Program-made: the position numbers and the translations under genes
The notes under the pieces: model-generated
What the model was told of the DNA's origin: nothing
Seen by the model: the letters and a program-made list of their open reading frames with translations, nothing else
Databases searched by the model: none
Virus record (IMG/VR): IMGVR_UViG_3300043773_000401
Location: 1 to 64,000 of that record
Source: a virus
DNA length: 64,000 bases
Strand: one strand, 5' to 3'
Shown here: one piece after another, positions 34,273-44,100 of the stretch
Layout: each line of letters begins with the position of its first letter
Numbering within the stretch: position 1 is the first letter of the stretch

Positions 34273-36267
34273 ATGGAGAAAAAGTCACATTGGGTAATGG
34301 ACTATGAGACTTTATTGAATTGCTTTGTAGCTGTATTTGAGCACTATAAAGAAGATGAGATAAAGATATTTGTAGTATCCAGACTAAGAAATGATATAAA
34401 GGAGCTATACAAGTTCCTAGAAAGAAACAAGGCTAATAGAGAGTATCACATATCTTTCAATGGTTTAGGATTTGACTCACAGATAACTGAGTTTATACTA
34501 AATAACAAGAAGAGTTTTATAGAAGGTGATCCTCAATATATTGCCAACATGATCCATGAGAAAGCTAATGAGATAATATCATCTCAAGAACGTGGAGAAT
34601 TTTTAGAGTTTAGTGAAGGCAAGCTTAGCATCCCACAGATTGATGTATTTAAACTTAATCACTGGGATAATCCAGCAAAGAGATCTAGTCTAAAGTGGAT
34701 ACAATATAGTATGGATTGGTATAATATTCAAGAGATGCCTATCCATCATAGTAGTTATATAGATAAAATGAAAGATCTAGAAACTATTATTGGTTATTGT
34801 ATTAATGATGTTAGGTCTACTAAACAGATATATAACCTATCAAAAGATTTGGTAGGACTTAGAAAAGCATTAACAGAACAATACAATCTTAAACTTTATA
34901 GTGCATCTGAACCAAGGATAGCTAAAGAGATATTCCTGGAGTTGTTATGTAGAGATCTTAAACTTCCTAAGTATGATGTAAGACAATACAGAACTAATAG
35001 AAGCAAGATAAAAGTAAAAGATATAATATTACCTTATATAAAATTTAGAACCCCGGAGTTTCAGAGTATCCTAGAAAACTTTAACAAGTTAGTTATTGAT
35101 CCACAGAATACTAAGGGAGGATTCAAGTATTCAATTACTCACAAGAAAGTAAGAACTGATTTTGGTCTAGGTGGTGTTCATGGTGCAAAGGAAGCAGGAG
35201 AATATGCAGCAAGTGAAGATATGATAATCATGACTTCAGATGTTACTAGCTTCTATCCTAACCTAGCTATTAGAAATAAATGGGCTCCAGCACACTTATC
35301 TAAAGATGTATTTTGTCAGTTGTATGAATGGTTCTTTGAGGAAAGAAAAAAGATACCCAAGAAAGATCCAAGAAATTATGTATACAAGATTATATTGAAT
35401 TCAACTTATGGTTTGAGCAATGACCGTAATAGTTTTCTATATGATCCAGAGTTTACAATGAAGATTACCATTAATGGTCAATTGAGTCTGATGATGTTGT
35501 ATGAGATGTTGTCTACAGGTATCCCAGAGTCTAAGCCTTTGATGCAGAATACAGATGGTCTAGAGATGATAATCCCAAGACAGTACAAAGAGAAGTATCT
35601 AGAGATATGCAAAGAGTGGGAAGATATGACTCAGCTACAATTAGAGCATGATGAGTATCAGAAACTATTCTTAGCAGATGTGAATAATTATATTGCTGTA
35701 AATAACTACAAGGAAGTATCTAAAGAAGTGTATGAGGAAGTAAAATCTAGCAGCCCTCATTATCTATTCAAGGAAGAATCTAGTAAATATTTCTATGCAG
35801 CTACTAAATGTAAAGGTAGATTTGAGTTTCATGGTCTGCCGTTACACAAGAATAAAAGCTATCTAGTAATTAGAAAAGCAGTATATAACTATTTTGTTCA
35901 TAGTATAGCTCCTACAGATTATCTAGAACAGAATAGAAATATTTATGATTATTGTGCTGGTGTAAAAATAAAAGGAGACTGGCACTTTCAAAGTATATGT
36001 TACAAGAATGGCAAGCTTATAGAGCAGGATCTACAGAACATCTTAAGATATTATATATCTGATAATGGATGTAAGATTCTTAAGAAGCACAAAACTGATA
36101 ATAGAGTTATCCAATTAGAAAGTGGTAACTGGTTACAGACAGTGTTTAATACTCTAGAGAAGAAGCCATGGGAAGAATATCATATTAATCTTGATTACTA
36201 TATGAAAGAGATTAATAAGGAGATTCACAATATCACAATTAGTAAAAATCAATTAAAATTATTTTAG
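34273..36267 (+). CDS. polB: Family B DNA polymerase with 3'-5' exonuclease
   Basis: DYET, FNGLGFD, YC.ND; DVTSFYPN, KIILNSTYG, NTDG. Confidence 0.92.
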   Translation: MEKKSHWVMDYETLLNCFVAVFEHYKEDEIKIFVVSRLRNDIKELYKFLERNKANREYHISFNGLGFDSQITEFILNNKKSFIEGDPQYIANMIHEKANEIISSQERGEFLEFSEGKLSIPQIDVFKLNHWDNPAKRSSLKWIQYSMDWYNIQEMPIHHSSYIDKMKDLETIIGYCINDVRSTKQIYNLSKDLVGLRKALTEQYNLKLYSASEPRIAKEIFLELLCRDLKLPKYDVRQYRTNRSKIKVKDIILPYIKFRTPEFQSILENFNKLVIDPQNTKGGFKYSITHKKVRTDFGLGGVHGAKEAGEYAASEDMIIMTSDVTSFYPNLAIRNKWAPAHLSKDVFCQLYEWFFEERKKIPKKDPRNYVYKIILNSTYGLSNDRNSFLYDPEFTMKITINGQLSLMMLYEMLSTGIPESKPLMQNTDGLEMIIPRQYKEKYLEICKEWEDMTQLQLEHDEYQKLFLADVNNYIAVNNYKEVSKEVYEEVKSSSPHYLFKEESSKYFYAATKCKGRFEFHGLPLHKNKSYLVIRKAVYNYFVHSIAPTDYLEQNRNIYDYCAGVKIKGDWHFQSICYKNGKLIEQDLQNILRYYISDNGCKILKKHKTDNRVIQLESGNWLQTVFNTLEKKPWEEYHINLDYYMKEINKEIHNITISKNQLKLF

Positions 36268-36268
36268 T

Positions 36269-37114
36269 ATGCCAACAAAAATTGGATGGTCAACAAGGGG
36301 ATATATAGAAAGTATCCCCTTACCTAATCATGGTAGCACTTATACAGTAATACCACACAAAGACGTAATAGAAAAAGTATATGAGACATTTGCTGCTAAT
36401 AACTTAGTAGTAGAGAAAGAACTTTACCGTGTAACACTTAATGGTAATGTAGCTTCTGCAGTATATCATTTAAAGTCAGATTTAATAGATGATCCAGAGT
36501 TAGGTTTAATCTTCTTCTGGCTTAATAGTTATGATAAGTCTAGAGCATTTACATGTTCAGTAGGAGCATATAATAAAAATAAAGATGTGTATTATATCAA
36601 AGGAGATATATCATCTTGGGTTAGAAGACACAGAGGTGAAGCTGATAAAGAGTATGGTCTAAATATAACTAATCAGATAGACATAGCTAATGATTACTTC
36701 ACTGCAATTATTAAGGACAGAAATAGCATGATGCGGGTAAAAGTATCTGAAAAGGATATTGCTCATATTATGGGAGAAGCTTACTTTACTCATGAAATAT
36801 TATCTACTGATCAAGCAACAGGATTTATTAATTTAAGTAAAGATAAGAATTCTATCTTTAATAAAACAGAAACTTTGTGGGAATTATATACTAAGATTAG
36901 TTTCTGTATAAAGTCCTCACACCCAAGTAAATGGTTCAATAATCAGTGTAACTTACATGATTTAGTAATGACAAATTATTGTAAATTATCAACAAATGAT
37001 GATCAACTTCCAGGTCAATTATCTATATTTGATGTGATTGAGGATACTACTGAGTTAGTTCCTGAATTAGAAACTCAAAAAGATTATTTTGATTTAACTG
37101 ATTATGGCCTTTAA
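36269..37114 (+). CDS. DUF932-like protein
   Basis: TYTVIPH...LNSYDKSRAF....G...RRHRG. Confidence 0.55.
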   Translation: MPTKIGWSTRGYIESIPLPNHGSTYTVIPHKDVIEKVYETFAANNLVVEKELYRVTLNGNVASAVYHLKSDLIDDPELGLIFFWLNSYDKSRAFTCSVGAYNKNKDVYYIKGDISSWVRRHRGEADKEYGLNITNQIDIANDYFTAIIKDRNSMMRVKVSEKDIAHIMGEAYFTHEILSTDQATGFINLSKDKNSIFNKTETLWELYTKISFCIKSSHPSKWFNNQCNLHDLVMTNYCKLSTNDDQLPGQLSIFDVIEDTTELVPELETQKDYFDLTDYGL

Positions 37115-37403
37115 AACAGGACAATTAATAGTATGTGTAGATGATAGCATTCCTCCTACTGCAGTTCTTAATAGCTTTAGTAGCTGGATTAAGAAGAATG
37201 CTATCTATACAGTAAGAGAGTTTAAGTTTATGTCTCTATTAGGAGAGTATGCAGTATACTTAAAAGAGATAGAAAATGATCCAATCTATATTGAGCAACT
37301 AGGTACTAAAGTAGAGCCCGGTTACAGAGCATCTAGATTTAGACCTTTAGAGGAAATACTACAAGAAGATTTGGATGTTATAGAACAAGAAGTATCTTTG
37401 TAA
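37104..37403 (+). CDS. Phage hypothetical protein
   Basis: G..IVCVDD...YTVR...Y.ASRFRPL type. Confidence 0.65.
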   Translation: MAFKTGQLIVCVDDSIPPTAVLNSFSSWIKKNAIYTVREFKFMSLLGEYAVYLKEIENDPIYIEQLGTKVEPGYRASRFRPLEEILQEDLDVIEQEVSL

Positions 37404-37415
37404 AAACTAACAAAA

Positions 37416-38057
37416 ATGATAATAGGTTTAAGTGGCAGAATGGGTTCTGGTAAGGACACAGCTGCAGTAATTATGATGAAGCTACTCTATGATTTAAACA
37501 ATGAAGAGTGGCACAACAAGAAGTTTGCTAACAAGTTAAAGTTAGTAACGGCTATCTTAACAGGAACTCCTTTACACTATCTAGAGAGTCAAGAGATCAA
37601 AGCTATGGAGATGCCAGATTGCTGGGACTATAACTATGATCTTATTGATCATGATAATCAACAGATTATAGGTAGAGGTATAGTAAAACTAGAAGATAGA
37701 AGAAAGAAATATACTTATAGAGAGTTCTTACAAAGAGTAGGAACAGAAGCTATGAGAAATGGTATTCATCAGAATGTGTGGGTTAATGCCTTGTTTGCAG
37801 ATTATGATGAGGAAGAAAATAAAAGTAAGTGGATTATCTCTGATGTAAGATTCAAGAATGAAGCTGAAGCTGTAAAGCAACTAGGAGGTATTATTATCCG
37901 TATAGAAAGAGATCTACCAGAAGTAGAGAATAGCAATCATCCTTCAGAGCATGACTTAGATAACTGGGAGTTTGACTATACAGTTACTAATAATGGTACT
38001 AAAGATGAACTAGCTGAGAAATTAAAAGAGATCTTGTTACAAGCAAAGATTCTATAA
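37416..38057 (+). CDS. Deoxynucleoside monophosphate kinase
   Basis: IIGLSGRMGSGKDT, FA..LK, REFLQ.VGTE..R, ISDVRF.NE, HPSE. Confidence 0.9.
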   Translation: MIIGLSGRMGSGKDTAAVIMMKLLYDLNNEEWHNKKFANKLKLVTAILTGTPLHYLESQEIKAMEMPDCWDYNYDLIDHDNQQIIGRGIVKLEDRRKKYTYREFLQRVGTEAMRNGIHQNVWVNALFADYDEEENKSKWIISDVRFKNEAEAVKQLGGIIIRIERDLPEVENSNHPSEHDLDNWEFDYTVTNNGTKDELAEKLKEILLQAKIL

Positions 38058-38079
38058 TAATTGTTCGTGTGTTTGGATT

Positions 38080-38115
38080 AAAGGGTAGGTTTTGATAGCC
38101 TACCCTTTTTTCTTT
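38080..38115. terminator. Bidirectional terminator between the convergent blocks
   Basis: AAAGGGTAGG/CCTACCCTTT stem flanked by A and T tracts. Confidence 0.8.
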
Positions 38116-41100
38116 TTATCTATTTCTTATAGATGTAATAGTTTTAAGATATTCTTCTGGAGATAGTGTACTACCTGTAAATCCATAAGTAGATAATATA
38201 TCTTTTAGAACTTTAGGTGAACCTTCTTTCTGCCATTCATATGGTCCAACATCTCTTTTATAGAATGCTCTTTCATCACCTGTAGCTAATCTATAAAGAT
38301 CTGTAATTGCATCTGACCATTTTTCTACTGTAGCACCTATTGCAATTGATTCTAACTTTGCCATGTTTAATAATTCTCTTCTTCCTAGTATAGGATTAAA
38401 GAGTTCATTCTCACTTCTTACCTGGATCATCATAAGTAGTGCATGGTTTTCTAACCATCCTTTTAAGTTAAACTCATATCTGTCATCTTCAGGAGCAAAT
38501 AAAAACGGCATAGGTCCACTCTTTTCTCTAAGCTTTCTGTATCTGTCTTCATCATCTGGGTCATAACCAAATAAGAATGGTAATAAAGCAATCATACCAT
38601 ATAGAGTAAACATCTCTACAAACATTCTAAAGGTAAGTAGTTTTTCTCTAGTATCCATCATGTGTCTATACTGACCTTGAGTTCTTATTAGTCGGTATAT
38701 ATTTCTCATACCTTCTAAGTACCATCCCATATCTGTATCAGTAGCTGCTACATTATATCTAGGCATTGGATCCCATACATTACCTCTAAACTGAAAACGT
38801 GACATTAATATTCTTGTGATGAATCTCTTTAAGAAGGCAACAAATCTGTATAGTAGATATCTTTGAGCATCTGGGTTTTCAAATGCAGAGTTACCACCAG
38901 CTACTTTATTCTGTACATCATGCATTCTATTAATGAAGGTTTTATATTTCGTACCACCAATACCCCATTCTTTATCTATACCATCTCTTAATTTGATTTG
39001 GTTTTTATCATCTAGTACCCAAGCCTCCATGTATGGTATCATTTTCTTTACCCCATTCTCAGTAATCTCTACCATTTGACCATACATCATAGCACCATAT
39101 ACTGATAGAGCAGACTGAAGTTCTAACCACTTTCTTGTATTAAGAAGAACACCTTGATAGTTCATTACATCTTTTAGTAATGTTCTAGTTATTCTCTCAT
39201 CCATTTTACTTTCATATCTACCCTGAGATGGATCAAATATTTCTACCTTCTGAAGTTCTAAACTATGTGGACCACGGTTATAAATATTCATGGATAGCTG
39301 TAACATGGTCTTAGAAGCCCATGCATTACCCTTAGCTAGATCTTTTGTGTTATAGTATTTACCACCAACACCTTCTAAGAATGCTTGGTATTGAGCTCCA
39401 AAGTTATTCTTTAATGCAGAAGGTACGTTAAGTGCAAAGAATCCCATACTAGCTCTTCTGAATAAGAAGTCAGAGAACTTATTTAATCCCTGCCATTCTG
39501 CAGTAGGACCAGCTTGTAATACTCCTTCAAATTCTCTTTCAAATAAGTTATCTATTACTTTAGCTCTCAGGTTCTCTCCTTTCTTGTTTAAGAATACCAT
39601 ACGTCCTAGATTTTTAAAAGCACTTTTGTAGAACCTGGACATATCTTTATTTTTCTTAGGAGCATTAGTGTTAGGATCTTTAACTGCTTCTTGTATACCT
39701 TTAGCAAAAGGAAGCATCTTAAGTTTAACCTTATGTTTTTCTCCAGAGAGCATGTATCTCATCACACTATTAATAACATTTAGAGATACTATTTCATGAT
39801 CAATATAGTTCTTACCATCTATAGGTACACGGGTATCATTTTCATCAAACATATCCATGTTAGTCATTACTACCTCATCTTCAAAGTTCTGACCATTTAA
39901 GTAGCCATCTTTGGTAGCCGTGAATATATTTTTGATAGACTCCCATATATTCTTAACTGTCTTTCTAGTACCATTTAATTGGAATGTTTCTAGTGATCCC
40001 ATTCTATATCTAGGTACATCCAAGTATAGTTTTGCATTTAAGCTTAATCCTTCCTGGTACTTTAGATAGAAGTCAGTAAGTTTCTGTAAAGCTTCAAAGT
40101 AATTTCTTTTTGAAGGATCTTCTTTAAGCTCATAATACTTCTCATTGATATATCTTAGATGTTCATTAGGATCAGATGGATCAAATTCTTCAGGATAAGC
40201 TTGTCTATAAGCTATCATGTCTTCTTTATTCTTAGGAAGCCATTGACCTCTGTTATCTATAGTTTTATAGACAGTTCTTTCAGTATTAGCATATGCTTCA
40301 TTCTCTACTCTTTTCTTAAACTTAAGACTAGGAACTCTATAGATAGTTTGTTCTACACCATTCTCATCTAAGATAACAGTAGATTCTTTATATTTATTAT
40401 CAGTAGGTTCAGTATAACTATAAGCATTTCTTCTTACTACTTGTTTTTTATATCCTTTAGATTTCTTATCATACTTTCTAGCAACTCTATGAGTCTTATT
40501 AAACCATGCTCTCAGATTTTCATTACCTGGTAATTGTATAAATGATAATTGTTTACCTTCACTTTCATATCTAGGAGTAATGATAGCTTTTTCAAAAGCA
40601 TCTAACAATCCTTTTTCATAAAGCTTATCTACATCTGTAATAGTTTCACCTAGATCATTAGTAAAGATTTCATATAAAATAGTTCTTAACTGGAATGGTT
40701 GACTAGGATCATCTTGTATGTTCTTTAACTGAGCAGCAAATTGATTTAGATAATAGTTACTTGGTTTAATAGTTTCTAAATCTTCAAGTTCTTTAAATAA
40801 AGATTCTAAAGCTAGTTTTTCTTCATCAGTTAAACCATTTTTAGCTTGACCAGAGTCTTTAAAGTCTTGCATTTTTTGTTCATACATCTCTAGTCTTTCT
40901 ATCTCTTCATCTGTTAGAAGAGCAGATGACATTTGATTTAGATCATAATAATCTCTAGCTTCTGCTTTAGTAAGACCATTACTTGTCAGCTTCTCATCTT
41001 TAAGTTTTTCTAACTGATCTTCAATTTGATTTAACTCTTCTAGTGCTTCAGGACTAAGAGAATCTAGATTAAGCTGTCTGTTATCATCTCTATTACCAGA

Positions 41101-44100
41101 AATAATGTTTGCTCTTCTCCTATATAAGTCAGATATTTCTTTATCTACATCACTAGGTATATTAATCTTATCAGTAAGAATTTTAATAGCATTTAAGATT
41201 CTATTCTTTTCAGCATAGAACTCTTCTTTAATTTTTACTACACTATTAGCTCTTAACCATTGTTCTTTCTTAATATCAAATTGTTCTTTAGTAATCTTAC
41301 CAGAATTTAATTCATAGGTAAGTTTCTCTAGGAAGCTAGAAAAGGCAGCTTGGAATGCACCAGGACGGTCTACATATTTATAGTATTGTCTGGATTTAGT
41401 TCTATATTCAATAAGTCTTTCTGCTATCTTAAGATCTGCACCTTTTTTATCAGTACCATCTGGATATGTAAGAGAGAATAACTGATTGTATTGATCCCAT
41501 GCATCCTCTATAGTTTTCATTTCTACAAAGTCATTAGGATCATCTACTTTCTGAGATAGACTATTAATATTGTTAAGAGCTTCATCTTTAAGTCTCTTAG
41601 CTTCTTGACCAATAGAGTCCTGGAAGAGTTTATTTAAGTCATAGATTTCTCTAGCAAAAGGCTCATAGAAGTATTTTCTTTGCCACTTCTCAAACTCAGC
41701 TTCCATCTTTCTATATGTGCTATAGTCTCCTCTACTTTTAGCTTTTAGTTTTTCTTCTTCTAGTTTATTCTCCCATTCTTTAAGATCATGTCTCCAGTTT
41801 TTATTAGCATTTAAGAAAGTATGTACTTTTCTTTTTTGAAATACTCCTTTCTCATCTACAAAACCATCATCATCTAAGAATGTAAGTATATTACCTAGCT
41901 CTCTAATATTATTAGGGTTGAAGCCTAACTTCTCTAAGATAGGTAGCATCTCAGTAGCAAACTCATTATAGTATCTCTGAGCATTGTTAAGAGCATCTAT
42001 ATAGTTATCTTTGATATACTTTGCTAATCCAAATACTGTAGGATCTTGATTATACATATATCCTTCTAAGTATGAGTTTAAGAAGTTAGCATCATTTAAC
42101 TCACCACCTAGTAGCTTTTTAATTTTATCTTTAATCTGACCATTAGCATCTTTAAGAGTTATATTTGCATACTCATCTTCATAGCTCTTTATTAACCATG
42201 CAGGTTGATTAGTTGACTTAGCAAGATCTATTAGTCTTTTGTATTTCTCATCTATAGCCTCTTGTATAGGACCAAGGATTTCTTCATAGGTTTCAGAAGT
42301 AGTTTCAGTAACTATTTCATTAACTCTTTCTTTAATTCTTCCTACCTTTTCCCCAATTCTAATAACTAAATCATATGTAGCATTCTTATCACTGAGTCTT
42401 TTAGTTACACCATCTACAGTGTACTCAGCATTTCTCATGACTTCTTTTAGTTCAGTAATCATGTTTTCCCAGCTCATAATGATTTTGTTATAGTTCATTA
42501 TCTTAGCAAGGGTATCTTTATTATCTACTGAATCAAAGTCTGTATTAAAATAATTATCCAGCTTCTCTGCCATTATCTCAATCTGGACAAGAGTATTGAT
42601 AACTGCATCTGCTCGGTTCTTAGCTTGTGTTACATCATTTTCTATTTCTTCTAGTTTATCTTCTAGAAGGTTCTGATACTTAGATAAGTTCTTAGTAATA
42701 ATACTATACTGAGCTTCACCAAACTGATCTCTGAATAATTTTGCAATCTCTTTATAGTCTTTATTAAATCTTAACTCTTGAATATGTCTTCTAGTTCTTT
42801 CATATACAATGTTAGCTGCTTGTTGTGCAGTACTGTTCTTAGTTCTTCTATCTACTAACCGGGTAAGTTCTTCTACTTCCTGCTCAGTATTTTTAAAGAA
42901 CATAGCTTCAGTATCTGTTTCTGCAGTAAGCTGGGATAGAGCAAATCTATTACCTTCAACTAACATGTTAGCTAGTGTATCTAGTGAAGTATCTACATCT
43001 AGTGTAGAAACATTTACTTTACCAAATAACTGTCTAAGCATTTTCTTTATAGCTGCCAAGATATCTTTGATTACTTTAGCAAAGCCTTTTTCAATAGGTG
43101 CATTCTGACTTTTAAGGGTTGCCATCCTTCCTAATGCAGTCACTATTACTTCCTCCATAAATGCTGGAGTACCTTCTACTAATTCTTGATATTCAGTCTT
43201 TACATAATCTATAATATCTGGGCTATTAGCTTCTAGACTATCATATAAGTTTTCAAATAACTGTGGGTTACCTTTTCTAATAGCTCTTACTAGTGGGTGA
43301 GAAAACTCATGGAATACCATTTCCATAGTTAGTCTTTCTCCTACAAAGAATACAGTATCACCATAGTAGAAAGCTGGTTCACCATTATACTTATCACCAA
43401 GCATTTGCTTAGCTCTTTCAGCTGTAACTAGTTCATAGTTAACACCTAGGTTAACCATTAACATTTCAGCAAGCTGGGTTAAGTTAGCTGTAGCATTAGC
43501 ATTGTCTACTACTTCTGCAGTTTTAACTGATGTTTCACCAACATCTGGGTTATTACTTCTTTCTGGATTGGTAATTAAAGCTACTTCTTCTATACTTTCC
43601 ACTACTTGATTAGCTTGTTCAAGTTTAGATAATATTACATCTCCTGTTTTATCTTTTTTATTATCTTCTTGATCTCTTCTATATCTTTCTTCGGCAGTTT
43701 GTCTTGTTGATACATCATCAACATCCCTTTGAATATCCCTAGAAGTGTCTCTTTTGACTTCGTCTCCTTCGAAGCTTTCTGATAAATTTCTTGTATTGGA
43801 CTTGTCATATTCTATTTTAAGTTTTACAAATGTATCAAAATGTTTTTTATAAACAGATCTAAATAATCCTTCATATAAAGCATACTTACCAGTGCCATAT
43901 ATTTTACCATATAATATACCTAAAGCAGTTGTAAAATTAGCTCCTTCACCACTTACTGTAGTATGATTAATTTCATGAATTGTTACATGAAGAGCTACGC
44001 CAACTGCTTCTTCTAAAGATTTAACATCAAATGCTAAAGGATTAACAAATATAGCATTAATTATTTTTCTAATATGTATTCCTGCATATTGTTTATCTAT

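Noticed and set aside
34273-36267. Intein or intron in PolB, DnaB or vRNAP
   Set aside because: Catalytic motifs are normally spaced; no intein C..HN boundaries or LAGLIDADG blocks seen
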